From: Nitrospirota bacterium
GTDB lineage: Bacteria; Nitrospirota; Thermodesulfovibrionia; Thermodesulfovibrionales; Dissulfurispiraceae
Direction of reading: 5' to 3'
Assembly: GCA_963790025.1 (NCBI GenBank)
Contig: CAWBMP010000004.1
Span: 992,001 to 1,056,000, forward strand
DNA: 64,000 nucleotides
Shown here: positions 36,418 through 47,400 of the stretch, one piece after another
Layout of the letters: the number at the start of each line of letters is the position of its first letter
How positions within the stretch are numbered: position 1 is the stretch's first letter
Made by a program: the position numbers and the translations under genes
The notes under the pieces: generated by a model
What the model was told of the DNA's origin: nothing
Databases searched by the model: none
The model's input: only the letters and a program-made list of their open reading frames with translations

Positions 36418-39020
36418 ATATCTGCTGCGTTAATCAGGCTGGCTGCTACTCCGTGAGGGTATGTTTTCGCAAAGGCCTTCGTCGTTTCCTTTTCTACCTC
36501 AGCTTCCGTTGCTTCGGGCATATTTACCCTTATTTCCTCCCTCATAGCAGCATACGCCTCCTTATCAGGCGGGTCTGTGGTGAAAGTAGCATAGTTGAGC
36601 GGCGTGGACATAAACCTCGTCACACCTTTTCCGGATCCTCCCGACCTTAGCTTCTTAATATGGACAAATGCCTCGCTGTAAAATCCCATCAGGCTTCTTA
36701 AACTCTCGGTAGTATATGCGTCCGGTTCCGATAATCCAAGGTAGCCCATCGCATCGAGCATACTCTGGCTAGGTTGGCGGAAATAAACCTGGATGTTCGC
36801 CTGGGAGAGGCAGACTTCTCCTACTTTTCCGGCTTTGAGGAGATCTGAAACTTTTTGTGTCATTACCCCCACAGCTGTATTGTAATGCCGGTATGTCCTG
36901 AACGCATTGTCAACGAAATCTGCGCCGACCGAATCAATAAAAATCCGGTGGGCCTCATCGATCGGGAGCCATTTTCGTCCAAGTAATTTTTTCACCTGTT
37001 CACCGATGACAAGCATAATATTAAAAAGCATTGCCCGCATAAGGTCCGGCGCCTCTTTTAAGCCTCCTATATCGAATACTATAAACGGATTGTCCACATT
37101 GAACGAGGACCTCCTGAAATAGTTTGCATATTTCCCTTTGCCGACATAAAACGCGAGGCGTTCGGAAAGAGATTTCCCCTTTTCGCCGAAATGGGATTTC
37201 AGTATATTATTAAAGTCTTCCAGTTCAGGCATCCTGTTATAGTGGTGAAGTTTTTCGTATGTAAACTGTATTGCCTTGTCGATCAGCGCTATGTCGGACT
37301 GGGCCAATTCCTCGTTCTTCCGCGTCATGATGGATGAAAGAAAGTTCGACAGCAGCAGGAGGCGCTCTTTATCGAGCTCACACTCAAACGGGTTATACGA
37401 TACAGGGTCATTGAGGCTGAACGATATATACTCGCCGCCTAGCAAAGAGCAAAGTTTTTTATATGAACCCATCATGTCGATAATAAAAAACCTGTCGCCC
37501 CTCCTGAAAAATTTGACCGCCATCATATTCAGCAAAGCGCTCTTTCCCGTGCCTGTTTCACCGGATATAATAAAATGCGGCACTGTGCCATCGAAGAAAT
37601 CGAGATACACCGGTTCACACGTCCTTGAAAGCCCTATCATGCCCGGGTTTTTTGTACCAAGCCAGGCCCCGGTTGCCGGGACTATTTGAGCAAAAGAATG
37701 GGAAGGCAGTTTAAACGTACGCGACAAATGGTTCTTGTTATCTAGCGGGGCATAATGGAAAGGGAGACAGTTTTTAAAGAGGCTTTGAGATAAAATGTTG
37801 TCAGCAAGCATCGGCAGTTCCAGGTCCGCAATTTTAGCGTTAACCTTCTGCGCATAGGTATTTGCGAGGTCGTAGGTCTCGCCTACATTGGTAATGGCAA
37901 ATGAAAAATGGAATACTTTTTTTCCAGCAAGCATGTTTTTTTCGATCGTGTCCACATCTGCTGCTATAGCGGAATTGTCATTGTCCTCCCTGCCGAAAGG
38001 ATTCATCAACCCGTATGAAGCAAAATTTCCTTTCCATTTAAGCGCTCTCTTTTCTTTGTCTTGTACCTCTACAAAGCCGGTCAGGCATATATTGATATCT
38101 CCAGGTATTTCCATAAGCTTATACATAATGCCCGGTACAGTATATTGAGGGGCATTCGTGGCTGCGCTGGTCCGGTAGTAATGACCGTCAGAATAGACAA
38201 ATGTGTCATCGGTATAAATAAATGTCCTGAACAATTGCCTGCTCAGATCTATTTGAGATATGTATTCAGGCGCACCCAGACCCTCTTTAAACATATTCTT
38301 GTGCAGGTATTGATGGAAATAGTTGATAAGGTCCTGGCCTTCGCATCTGCGGAGTCCGAACCCGTTATTTTTCATCATGGATTCGAACAAAGTGATACTG
38401 CTGCTGAAAATATTAATTTTTTTGGTTATGTCCATTGTCGCCGATTCCAGTTCCACCCTTTCTATAGCGCTAACAGACCTTTCTCCCAGCGTAATCTTTC
38501 TCGGCACATGAAAAATTGCTATATAAAACCGCATCGTCCTCGGGAAAACGCTCCTTCCGCCCCAAAGTCCCGCTTTTGAACTGTTGTGCAAAAACATCAC
38601 CTGTTCATTATAAAGAGAGTCAATGGCAGCCGGTCCCTCCCCCTCCGATCCATTCGTTGAATCGGAGACTATAGGAAGATACAAACTGACATTACGGTCC
38701 GACGCTACAATAAATTGGAACGCATATCCTTCTGGTATTTGGAGAAGTGCTGCTTCCATCAGATTCGCTATTGCGAGTTTCTGTCCGTCAAGGCTGTTTG
38801 CCTCATGTACGAAAGGGGTATACTCCCACATGGCCCCGACATATCTTTCTTTTTTGCCTGTATCTCCGAGGACAAACACCTTATACTGTCCGTTAAAGCT
38901 TCTATAGGGGAGCATGCTTCCAAAAGAAGGCAGGGTTGTGAATGCTTCATTGACTTCCTGAACAGAATCGAATCGTATCCCGTCAAGGTCATGATCTTTT
39001 AATTTTTTTTCGATCTTCAA
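36411..39020 (-). CDS. VirB4/TraC-family T4SS ATPase
   Basis: ISGETGTGKS, IIDMMGSYKKLC.LLGGEY, YNPF, IDEAH, RTYRHYN..VGVMTQ. Confidence 0.92.
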   Translation of the reverse strand: MKIEKKLKDHDLDGIRFDSVQEVNEAFTTLPSFGSMLPYRSFNGQYKVFVLGDTGKKERYVGAMWEYTPFVHEANSLDGQKLAIANLMEAALLQIPEGYAFQFIVASDRNVSLYLPIVSDSTNGSEGEGPAAIDSLYNEQVMFLHNSSKAGLWGGRSVFPRTMRFYIAIFHVPRKITLGERSVSAIERVELESATMDITKKINIFSSSITLFESMMKNNGFGLRRCEGQDLINYFHQYLHKNMFKEGLGAPEYISQIDLSRQLFRTFIYTDDTFVYSDGHYYRTSAATNAPQYTVPGIMYKLMEIPGDINICLTGFVEVQDKEKRALKWKGNFASYGLMNPFGREDNDNSAIAADVDTIEKNMLAGKKVFHFSFAITNVGETYDLANTYAQKVNAKIADLELPMLADNILSQSLFKNCLPFHYAPLDNKNHLSRTFKLPSHSFAQIVPATGAWLGTKNPGMIGLSRTCEPVYLDFFDGTVPHFIISGETGTGKSALLNMMAVKFFRRGDRFFIIDMMGSYKKLCSLLGGEYISFSLNDPVSYNPFECELDKERLLLLSNFLSSIMTRKNEELAQSDIALIDKAIQFTYEKLHHYNRMPELEDFNNILKSHFGEKGKSLSERLAFYVGKGKYANYFRRSSFNVDNPFIVFDIGGLKEAPDLMRAMLFNIMLVIGEQVKKLLGRKWLPIDEAHRIFIDSVGADFVDNAFRTYRHYNTAVGVMTQKVSDLLKAGKVGEVCLSQANIQVYFRQPSQSMLDAMGYLGLSEPDAYTTESLRSLMGFYSEAFVHIKKLRSGGSGKGVTRFMSTPLNYATFTTDPPDKEAYAAMREEIRVNMPEATEAEVEKETTKAFAKTYPHGVAASLINAADIW

Positions 39021-39044
39021 AGGTTGTCCCTCAGCTCCTTACCC

Positions 39045-40004
39045 TTAAAACGTTTTTATATATTCGGCCCCATTTATATAATGTGGGATTTCATGGCTTT
39101 TACCTTCCCGTATAAGTCCTCTGATCAATTCATTCGGGAATAAAGCCTCCACAAGGGCCTTTCTGCCCCCTGCCGGTTTTTTTACGAGCCTTTGTGCTGC
39201 GGTAAGGTTAAGTGTCGAGGCAATTTGCTGCTGGACAAGATGCCTCTCCTGAGGAGGGAACAGGCCATAAAGCCGGTTGACCGTCTCAACGACATTAATA
39301 GTATGCAATGTCGCAAAGACAAGATGCCCGGTCTCAGCAGCATTGACCGCGAGCCTGGCCGTTTCAGTGTCCCGTATCTCTCCCACCAGTATTACATCAG
39401 GGTCCTGTCTTAAGGCATACTTAAGCGCATGGGTAATATCGTCGGTATCGCTGCCTATCTCCCGCTGATTTACCACAGAATAATTGGTGCTTTCAAAAAG
39501 ATACTCGACCGGGTTTTCTATTGTGATTAGATGTATGCTCTTCCTCTGTAGCATATGTTTTATCATGGCTGCAATAGTGGTAGACTTCCCGCTTCCCGTG
39601 GGCCCGGTCACCAGCACCATACCATTCTTCATATCCGCTACCTGATTCAGGTTTGCCGGAAGACCCAGGTCCTCAATATCAGGTATTTGCAGCGGAAGCA
39701 GTCGCAGCGCTATCGAAAGCCTTTTCCCATTTGAGTGAAAGTAGTTTCCCCTCCATCTTCTCGCTCCATAGGTGAATGAAAAGTCCCCGTCTTTGCCGGA
39801 AAAGCCAGCCGGGATGACATTATCCAGGAACCTGTTCATATTGGAAATGTCTACTGGATCAAGATCACTCCTGATCAAATCGCCATCAATACGAAATACA
39901 GGCTGATTCAGCTCGGCAAGATGAATATCGCTGGCACTGTGCTCGATGCCGACTGAAAGGATATCTTCGATACCAGAACTCAATTCAGTTAATTTCACAG
40001 CCAT
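39045..40004 (-). CDS. PilT/PilU-family ATPase (copy 1)
   Basis: ASDIHL, TGPTGSGKSTT, ALRQDPDVILVGEIRD, ETGHLVFATLHT, LIRGLIRE. Confidence 0.9.
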   Translation of the reverse strand: MAVKLTELSSGIEDILSVGIEHSASDIHLAELNQPVFRIDGDLIRSDLDPVDISNMNRFLDNVIPAGFSGKDGDFSFTYGARRWRGNYFHSNGKRLSIALRLLPLQIPDIEDLGLPANLNQVADMKNGMVLVTGPTGSGKSTTIAAMIKHMLQRKSIHLITIENPVEYLFESTNYSVVNQREIGSDTDDITHALKYALRQDPDVILVGEIRDTETARLAVNAAETGHLVFATLHTINVVETVNRLYGLFPPQERHLVQQQIASTLNLTAAQRLVKKPAGGRKALVEALFPNELIRGLIREGKSHEIPHYINGAEYIKTF

Positions 40005-40046
40005 TAATTTCCGCTCCCTGTTTTTTAATTTGTTGTGCAATAGTCC

Positions 40047-40066
40047 ACTTACTTGAATATTACTTG
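40047..40066 (-). promoter_or_regulatory. Island motif, extended form (CAAGTAATATTCAAGTAAGT)
   Basis: 9/10 motif match; 19 bp identical to 53085-53103 upstream of the pilin gene. Confidence 0.75.
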
Positions 40067-40106
40067 CTAAATTGCGTTCACGAAGTGATGACTGCATTGC
40101 AACTTT

Positions 40107-40640
40107 TTATTCGACCTTAAACCCGTCTTTTGCCAGTTGTTTTTTGACCTGTGTCACATATTTTATCTTTCTAAGCAGGTTATAGCTGTGATAATTGCCC
40201 ACCGCATGCCATGTATAGCCGTTCGAGACTATCTCGCTGGAGAGTTTATAGGCGGCGAGCAGTGAGGATATATAAGGGTCCAACATCTGCAGCTTTGTTA
40301 TCCCCAGCCTTTTGCCGATATAATAATAATTGACCTGCCATGGACCTATGTCGATATTATCAGTGCTTAATCGGGACAGGTAAAATACAGCCTCAACATA
40401 AGTCCTCGGATATATTGGTATGCTTTTGCCGTTTCCCAGATTCACGCATAGCGCCCATGGGTGTCCGTTGCTCTCCACCTGCTTTATGGCGTTAAGAAGT
40501 TCAACAGGCACCTGGAACCGCGCCGCAGCCTTATATTGAGCATCGCTGACTATCTCATGGATGCTCTGCTCAGCACTCGCAAAGGAAGGCAAAAAGCTAA
40601 TAAGGCAAAGCAAAAAACAATGAAAAGCCAACTTATACAA
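40107..40640 (-). CDS. Lytic transglycosylase (SLT domain, VirB1-like)
   Basis: Signal peptide, AIKQVES, DIGPWQVN, AVGNYHS. Confidence 0.9.
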   Translation of the reverse strand: MYKLAFHCFLLCLISFLPSFASAEQSIHEIVSDAQYKAAARFQVPVELLNAIKQVESNGHPWALCVNLGNGKSIPIYPRTYVEAVFYLSRLSTDNIDIGPWQVNYYYIGKRLGITKLQMLDPYISSLLAAYKLSSEIVSNGYTWHAVGNYHSYNLLRKIKYVTQVKKQLAKDGFKVE

Positions 40641-42549
40641 ACTTTTTCTCCTGCTTACTTACAAAATCATAGAGGTCCCCGCCAACCAGATTTTCTGAAC
40701 TCATCACATTCCCCCAGCGCAGCTTTGCCACATTTGCTCCACCGCCCGGAAGGTAGCTGAATCTAATGCCGTCAACCGCCGTCTTAGCTGCAAATACCTC
40801 TCCTTTACCTGCGGTGTTGAGCTTTGTCGCCATGGCCCCATCTGAGTCAGTGCCTCCCTGCGGCTTTGAAAAACTCACCCTTCCGTCTGTACCCGCCCGC
40901 ATGAGCACACTGTTCCAGGCCCCGGATTCGCTGTCCCGTACCTGGGCAACCACTCCTGTCTCTAACATTCCCTGTGGAATGCTGCTTAGCGCACCTCCTA
41001 GTTCTCCGCCGTTCACGCCTCCTTTAATATTTCCTGATACCCTTTGAGCGGAAACATAATCCGGGCTTGATGCCGATCTATCCTCTGTCACCGCAGCCAA
41101 CGCATTGCCAAAAGCTTCGCTGTTTTCTTTATTCATATCAAAGTTGCTAGCGGCGGTTGTAACAGGTGTGCCCTCAGGCGGCTGCCCTCTTCCGCCGGTA
41201 CTGGCCACCACATTACCGCCTCCCCAGCCTCCGCCGCTGAGAATGCGACCGGCTTGTGCAGCTCCAGCGCCACTACCGCCTGGACCCGGGCTTCTTACCA
41301 TTGAACGCATTTTTGCATAGGCCGGCGTTGTGAGACTACGGTAAATGCCCGATACTGCAGCGCTGACGATGCTTGACAGCCCTATATTGCGAGGCCTGTT
41401 GCCAAACAGAAGAAAGCCAGTCAGAATTGGAGATGATAAAACCACTGCAACCTTTGCCAGCATAATGAAAGTTTTCTCCAAATCAAAAAGGTTAAAACCT
41501 CCGTCATTAAGGCCGGCGATCGTAAATCCATCGACAGCAGCAATAATAACCGGGATAAAAGAGAGCCAGAGATAACCCTCAAGGTATGTAATAATAGCCT
41601 TCCATAGTCCGGGCAGCATAGCAATGCCTATAATAAACGGGTACATTACAAAATATATAATTATAAGAAGCTTAAGAAAGAATGGAAGGACCTTAGCGTA
41701 CAGAAAAGCACTGTAGAATGCTACAGGAGTAAAAATGTGCAGAAATGCGGCGAGCCCCCCGTTGCCGATTTCAGTCCATTGTTGTTTTGCCTGATCTGAG
41801 GCCGCAGATATAAACCTTTCAAACATATTGCTTTTGTCATATTTCCCAAACTTGTCCGGATCGATCCCCTGAGCCGACGCTGCCTCTTGATTTGCCTGTT
41901 TGACTGCTGACACAAGCGCGTTACCTTTTGCCGAACAGTCCGGAGGTGCACCTTGTCTGATAAAGTAATCCTGATAATAACTGTAGTTATACGTTATCTT
42001 CTGATCGGCATACTGTCCATCATTATTGCCGTATTTTGTGAAGTCTGCGCAGTTTTTATTCCAGTACTCAATGTCAGGGGCAAGCGCTGCGGTATTTTTT
42101 ACCAATTCGCTTTGGGCCTGCTGCACCTTCATGAAATATTTTTCAAACGCAAAAGGCATTTTCGAAGGCTGGAAATCATTCTGATAGACTTTTGCGCTTA
42201 TAACATCTACTGATTCTCGTCCCCACCTCATCACCTCGCCTATCACGAGCACCGAATACCTCAGCCCAACAGGTATTTGCCCCAACTGCTGATAAGGCTG
42301 GCTCTGATAATTAACGTCCATATTTGTTGTCCACCCGTATCCAAAAAATAGCCATAAGAGGAAAATCCCTAAAAAATGCTTTTTCGATTCAGCCAAAAAA
42401 GAATGAGACCCTCCGGTTTCCTTATATATGAGAACAAAGCTCACTATGGCTATCAAGGCATAAAGATATTTAAATCCGGTCGGGAGCAATTGGATCATTT
42501 CCAGTCCTATAGCCGCCCCCTGGGCAATTTGTTCGATAGCAGTGTCCAT
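40633..42549 (-). CDS. TraG-N/VirB6-like polytopic membrane protein
   Basis: Multiple TMs around a periplasmic domain plus Gly-rich cytoplasmic tail; T4SS context. Confidence 0.6.
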   Translation of the reverse strand: MDTAIEQIAQGAAIGLEMIQLLPTGFKYLYALIAIVSFVLIYKETGGSHSFLAESKKHFLGIFLLWLFFGYGWTTNMDVNYQSQPYQQLGQIPVGLRYSVLVIGEVMRWGRESVDVISAKVYQNDFQPSKMPFAFEKYFMKVQQAQSELVKNTAALAPDIEYWNKNCADFTKYGNNDGQYADQKITYNYSYYQDYFIRQGAPPDCSAKGNALVSAVKQANQEAASAQGIDPDKFGKYDKSNMFERFISAASDQAKQQWTEIGNGGLAAFLHIFTPVAFYSAFLYAKVLPFFLKLLIIIYFVMYPFIIGIAMLPGLWKAIITYLEGYLWLSFIPVIIAAVDGFTIAGLNDGGFNLFDLEKTFIMLAKVAVVLSSPILTGFLLFGNRPRNIGLSSIVSAAVSGIYRSLTTPAYAKMRSMVRSPGPGGSGAGAAQAGRILSGGGWGGGNVVASTGGRGQPPEGTPVTTAASNFDMNKENSEAFGNALAAVTEDRSASSPDYVSAQRVSGNIKGGVNGGELGGALSSIPQGMLETGVVAQVRDSESGAWNSVLMRAGTDGRVSFSKPQGGTDSDGAMATKLNTAGKGEVFAAKTAVDGIRFSYLPGGGANVAKLRWGNVMSSENLVGGDLYDFVSKQEKKFV

Positions 42550-43824
42550 TTATTTGTTATAGCTATTCTTTATGTCCTGGAGTATGTCTTGTTGCATCAC
42601 TTTATTCGTTGCGTCATTCCCTTTACTTCCATAGGCCGCCTCATGCTGCACTTTTGCTTTTACTACATTTTGCTGTCGTTGTTGCCAGTAGCTATTCCTC
42701 TCCATAACCTGCCTTTCCCAGTTGGAGAGGTCTCCATCATTGCCATTCGCCTGGTTTTTTAACTTTACAAGATCGTTAACTTCTTTTTCCTTTTGACCGG
42801 TCATCTGGGCTATAGGCGTTGTGAATGCATCGGGGACAGGCATTTGGGCATTCGATGCCGCTTTATTCATGATCGACGACCAACTGTAGGTACTATACAC
42901 GGTTTGAAGGAGCGAAAGCCGCTCAGCCAATTTTATTTTAAACACTGTTTGTTCGTCGGCTGGAAAGGATGCAATCATATTAATTGTTTCGGCGTGAGGG
43001 CAGATTACCCCGCCATTTCCTCCGCTGTTATTATTGCCGGCGCCGACACACAGTTTCATGTTTTTAATATCATCCTGTGTGATGTATCTCGTTCGGGCCG
43101 CATACACTGCACTGTCGACCTCAGGACCATAAAAAAGCATGTTTGCCTGATACACTTTGTCCGCAGTCATTGTTGGCGGCGTCCCTCCGCTTCCATTCGG
43201 ACACATCTTTACGTCGCCAAAAAAAGCTTTGATGGAATCCTTGCCGGTCCCGTCGGGAAGCGTAACACCCTTAAGCGACGTGTCCACGGCTGACACGCAT
43301 TCCTGAGTGCCGAACAATGAATACCACGCGTTTGAAGGTTTAGAACAAAAAACATCGTCTCCATTATTCTGTTCCATACATTTGGCGAAGGACGCCTTCC
43401 TTATGCCTGCTATATCTTTATTTTCCATATAATCCCTTGCCGTCTGGTAAGTCTTGCACTTGTCGGACAATACTGCCAGATATTTATGCGCCTCAGACAG
43501 AAGGTTAGATGAGACGCTATATTCTGTCGGGAAAAAATAGGCGATCAGCGCTGTTGAGGCAAGCCCCGGCCAGCTTTTTGCGTTGCCTGCCGCCTGTTGA
43601 GCCATCGATAACAGGTCGCTCAATTGGTTGGTTACCCCCAAATCACCGCAGCCGCCAAGCCCTGCGCTGAGACCACCGTTAATCAATCCCTGGTCAAAGG
43701 TTTCGCCGGAGCTTTGAGGCTGTACCGGTATCCCAAGCCGCGCATTTAGGTCAGGATCAATTGCAAGGCAAATGTCCGCGGCTAAGATCACTATAATCAG
43801 GGCTGCTATTACTGTCAGTTTCAT
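42550..43824 (-). CDS. Exported conjugation protein (TraH/ICE PFL_4711-like)
   Basis: Signal peptide, GGCG motif, paired cysteines, C-terminal coiled coil; upstream of the TraG-like gene. Confidence 0.5.
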   Translation of the reverse strand: MKLTVIAALIIVILAADICLAIDPDLNARLGIPVQPQSSGETFDQGLINGGLSAGLGGCGDLGVTNQLSDLLSMAQQAAGNAKSWPGLASTALIAYFFPTEYSVSSNLLSEAHKYLAVLSDKCKTYQTARDYMENKDIAGIRKASFAKCMEQNNGDDVFCSKPSNAWYSLFGTQECVSAVDTSLKGVTLPDGTGKDSIKAFFGDVKMCPNGSGGTPPTMTADKVYQANMLFYGPEVDSAVYAARTRYITQDDIKNMKLCVGAGNNNSGGNGGVICPHAETINMIASFPADEQTVFKIKLAERLSLLQTVYSTYSWSSIMNKAASNAQMPVPDAFTTPIAQMTGQKEKEVNDLVKLKNQANGNDGDLSNWERQVMERNSYWQQRQQNVVKAKVQHEAAYGSKGNDATNKVMQQDILQDIKNSYNK

Positions 43825-43891
43825 TTGTTTCCTGCCGAATAAATACCGTCTGCCCCTACTCTGCTAAAAGGAGGCGACGGGGATTGCTATT

Positions 43892-44596
43892 CTACTGCGG
43901 GACGTTAAAAACCTTTGAGAGCGAGGCCCTGTCCATTGCGCCTTCATGATGACCTACAACCTCTCCGTTGTCTGACAGCAGGATGAGTGTTGGGACTGCT
44001 GTCACATTGTAGTTCTTAGCCATTTCTCCCGAATAGTCACCCACCGCTGGAATTCTCACTCCGCTATGCTCAAGATATGCCGTTGCACCTCGATCAGTGG
44101 ATTTGATCCCAATTCCCACAAGCTTTCCTGAAGACTGGTAATCGGAGAGCAACGGCGTCATTCTTGCACACACAGGACATCCCTCACTGAAAAAATATAC
44201 CGCCTTATTGAACACTACCTGCTTTGTTTCGTTTGTAGTCTTCAGCTGCGACCTTGATGACTGTGGTTGTGTTTCCGGCGCTGAAAGAATCCTGCCTACT
44301 TCCTGGACCCGGTCCATTCTTTTTTTATACCAGTCTCTGTACCGCGCCACATTTTCAGGCGAGGGATTCCTGAACACGTCGACCAGTGGCTGTGGAGGTT
44401 CATTTGCAAACTTAGGCTGCCAAACATAAGGATCGCTTGCTGCCTTATTATTATCTACAAGACTGTCTTCCTTCACGTCTTTGCACCAACCGTTGAAGTA
44501 ATTTACGCCGCAAGTGTTGTCGTCTGCCGTCGCCTTTTGTAGCGGCATGATGATAATTAACAATGCAATGTTAAGACCAATTAAAATATGCAGCAT
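43892..44596 (-). CDS. TraF/TrbB-like thioredoxin-fold protein
   Basis: NPSPENV, YFFSEGCPVC, VTAVPTL. Confidence 0.7.
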   Translation of the reverse strand: MLHILIGLNIALLIIIMPLQKATADDNTCGVNYFNGWCKDVKEDSLVDNNKAASDPYVWQPKFANEPPQPLVDVFRNPSPENVARYRDWYKKRMDRVQEVGRILSAPETQPQSSRSQLKTTNETKQVVFNKAVYFFSEGCPVCARMTPLLSDYQSSGKLVGIGIKSTDRGATAYLEHSGVRIPAVGDYSGEMAKNYNVTAVPTLILLSDNGEVVGHHEGAMDRASLSKVFNVPQ

Positions 44597-45429
44597 TTGA
44601 CCATGAACTGCCAGTATATGATGACAAAACGGTCGCTACAACCAGGCCTGTTCGCAAACTTCTCCTGTGACATGGATGGAGTCCCAATCGGATAACACAT
44701 TCCGGGTGTCGGGCCGCCAATCTCGTAACGGTCAATCAAGATATGCCCGCTGCTGACACCGAGGCCACTGCCAGAAGCCAGGTCCTGCGCCCGGTAGGCA
44801 TAAAGAAGGCCGGCTGTAACATTTGATGGATGGCTGGTCCATCCGCAGCGAGGGAAAAGCTGACCCCACGCCCCTACCTGTGCAAGCGCTTCGGCTAGAC
44901 CCCCGGTATCCTTGCACGTCTTCCACGTAGTGGACGCCTCCGACCTGAATATCGTTCTGCCCAGCAAGTTATTACTTCCGCTCATCATGCAGGTTTGGGC
45001 CGGATGTCCCGAAAGCATTTCGGATAAATCAGTCACGGAAAAAGCATATATATGCGCTTCACGATGTTTTGTTTGAGTGTCGTTGCCGGGTTCCCCCTGT
45101 ACCATGCTTCCCGCATTAGTGGCCATGTCACTCAGCGACTGGCCAAATGATCCATCCGGGAAAATCGTTGTCCCTGCATTGCCTGTCACCTCGATAGCGT
45201 AAATCGGCAGCCAATAACTGACCAATTTTGACACATGACCGCACGTACCTATAGTAGTAAACTGTGCGCATGGAACAACAAACGGCTTGATACTTGCCAG
45301 TACCTGGTGAAGACCGCCCGGATAGCATGTGGCAATTGTTCCGCCATCGCCGACCAGCGCAAAGGACGAAGATGCCCATAATACTACTGCCAGGATGGAA
45401 GCGATATTTTCTCTTTTAATAATATTCAC
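44581..45429 (-). CDS. TraU-like protein
   Basis: Cys-rich exported protein with VSYWLPIYAIEV and WGQLFPRCGW. Confidence 0.7.
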   Translation of the reverse strand: MNIIKRENIASILAVVLWASSSFALVGDGGTIATCYPGGLHQVLASIKPFVVPCAQFTTIGTCGHVSKLVSYWLPIYAIEVTGNAGTTIFPDGSFGQSLSDMATNAGSMVQGEPGNDTQTKHREAHIYAFSVTDLSEMLSGHPAQTCMMSGSNNLLGRTIFRSEASTTWKTCKDTGGLAEALAQVGAWGQLFPRCGWTSHPSNVTAGLLYAYRAQDLASGSGLGVSSGHILIDRYEIGGPTPGMCYPIGTPSMSQEKFANRPGCSDRFVIIYWQFMVKCCIF

Positions 45430-45509
45430 AGCATCCCTTTCAACAGCAACTAGTCCCGGTATTTTTCGAGCTCACACATGCAATGTCCGTCTCCAGATTT
45501 TTAAGCACG

Positions 45510-46469
45510 TTATCTTAGGCCTCCTATTGGAGAAATTGGCACCTGAACTGGTTGACTTGGCACGTAGGTCATAGGCTGTCCTGCTGGAGGTTGGACCACC
45601 GATGTTATGCCTTGAGTTTTTGACGCAAACATGGACGCGGATACAGGATAGCGGTCAGGGAGTTTCATTGCGACCCTGACTTTTTTGCCGTTTTTGCCCT
45701 CCAGAAGTACACGATCATGATCTATTTGCTTTACAGTGAACTCTCCTGCTGTTTCACCTTCCATTGCGTCTACATGTTCTCCTGTTGCCGATATAAACGA
45801 GGCAATAGTATTGCCATCCACAGTATGAATGGACATCAATGTGGGAGGGACAGCGTCTTTATCAGACATGATCACCGTCTGCAGGTTCCTTTTTTCTGCA
45901 ATTTTTGAAGATATCTCCTTTTTTTGGGCCGTTACCTGATAAGGAATAATCTCTATCTCACCCGAAACTTTCTTGAGTTCACTGAGCAATTTTTTCTCCT
46001 TAACTTCCGCCTCCAGGACTTTATTTTTCTCTTCCTGTTCCTGAAGCACTGCAGAATTGTTGCCCGATAGAATATCGCGTGCAGGTAAATATACAACGCG
46101 TTTCGGTTGAACAATCTGAGGGGCCCCATTTGAAAGAGGAGAATTCGGCATATTGCTGTCGAGTTGAGTATTGGATGGCCCTGCCTTCGCTATCTGGTCT
46201 GTCTGTTGCACTCTGGCGAAAGGCAACGGGCACTGGGAAACGCTGTTTTTACCGATGGTTGAAGATTTGGGAATGCTCCCATTCTTGAGTGATTTGTAAA
46301 ATCCTGAACTGTCTGGAAGAAATCTGGCTACTCCAAAACCTGTAAGTACCATGAGAATAATGAATATAATGATCGACCGTAAATTTAAAAGCTTATGTTT
46401 CACCTGCTTGCCCGGCTGCTCTTCTTCGTGTGCAGAAAACGAGTCAGCTTTTTCCCCTTTAAGCCACAT
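45510..46469 (-). CDS. PilP-like pilus biogenesis protein
   Basis: TM, coiled coil, beta domain (GETAGEFTVKQIDHDRVLL). Confidence 0.5.
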   Translation of the reverse strand: MWLKGEKADSFSAHEEEQPGKQVKHKLLNLRSIIIFIILMVLTGFGVARFLPDSSGFYKSLKNGSIPKSSTIGKNSVSQCPLPFARVQQTDQIAKAGPSNTQLDSNMPNSPLSNGAPQIVQPKRVVYLPARDILSGNNSAVLQEQEEKNKVLEAEVKEKKLLSELKKVSGEIEIIPYQVTAQKKEISSKIAEKRNLQTVIMSDKDAVPPTLMSIHTVDGNTIASFISATGEHVDAMEGETAGEFTVKQIDHDRVLLEGKNGKKVRVAMKLPDRYPVSASMFASKTQGITSVVQPPAGQPMTYVPSQPVQVPISPIGGLR

Positions 46470-46542
46470 TTTTTACCTCCCGCAAGTATTAAATGTTAGG
46501 CGTCAGCAGCATTTGCGCCTCTTCAATAAAGTCTTTGGCTAA

Positions 46543-46552
46543 ATATTACTTT
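46543..46552 (-). promoter_or_regulatory. Shared island motif AAAGTAATAT
   Basis: Exact match 73 nt before ATG 46469. Confidence 0.7.
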
Positions 46553-46729
46553 TTCAAATGAGATATTCCCAATGACTTGGTGCAGGATCATTTTTTCTGT
46601 AATTCCGGCTTCTCCTGAATTTTTCAAGAACTTTAGGAAGAAAGATTTGGGATTTCGATGAGCATTGTTCTGCCGACTGAATTCCGGGGACACATTACTT
46701 AACTCTTAACATGAGCAAAGTTACCAGTT

Positions 46730-47287
46730 TCAAAGGCGAGTAACTTTTTTTGAATAAATAGATTCAAGTTTAGAAAGTAGAAAATACTTTTGAGCAAGTT
46801 TCTTAACAATACCCATATCGGCCTTTTTTGCAAGCATATTAATATCGACAGCATCCTGCTCGCTTAGAGGCAATAATTTCATGAGAATCAAATATTCGGG
46901 TGTCACAACTTTGATTTTTTTGTCGAATACTTCGGCTATAACAGCATGTTTAATTGCTTCTGCAGCCAAATCAAAATCTTTTGTGCCTATAATATCCACC
47001 TGAAAGTGACCTGACATAAAAGAGAATTTTCCCTTTATAGTAATCCGCGGAGTTGCCTTATGAAGAGATATCCTTTTTTGAAATCTTGATTCAACGATAG
47101 AAATAAGGTCGGGCCATTTAATTTTTCTTGAGATAATAACTAGCAGATCAACATCCCGTGTGGTACGAGGCCTGACCCATGCCGATAACGCGAGCCCGCC
47201 GATAAGGGCATAATCCCTTATTATATCATCGTCCTTTAATGTATCGAAGATTGCGATAGCTTTTATAAAGGCATCGACAATCGACAT
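46730..47287 (-). CDS. Nucleotidyltransferase (AbiEii/DUF6036-like)
   Basis: YALIGGLAL, RPRTTRDVDLL, VDII, PEYLILMKL...QDAVDI. Confidence 0.8.
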   Translation of the reverse strand: MSIVDAFIKAIAIFDTLKDDDIIRDYALIGGLALSAWVRPRTTRDVDLLVIISRKIKWPDLISIVESRFQKRISLHKATPRITIKGKFSFMSGHFQVDIIGTKDFDLAAEAIKHAVIAEVFDKKIKVVTPEYLILMKLLPLSEQDAVDINMLAKKADMGIVKKLAQKYFLLSKLESIYSKKVTRL

Positions 47288-47400
47288 TATTTTTTCCTTG
47301 CTGCCTTCTTAACGGCGGTCTTCAGAATGATGGAGAGGTCAAGAAGTTCAAGTGCAATTTCAATGTTTTTGCCGTTAGGTCTCAAAGATTTCTTTTTCAT
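47287..47400 (-). CDS. 37-aa basic peptide coupled to the nucleotidyltransferase
   Basis: MKKKSLRPNGKNIEIALELLDLSIILKTAVKKAARKK*; TAATG stop/start overlap. Confidence 0.5.
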   Translation of the reverse strand: MKKKSLRPNGKNIEIALELLDLSIILKTAVKKAARKK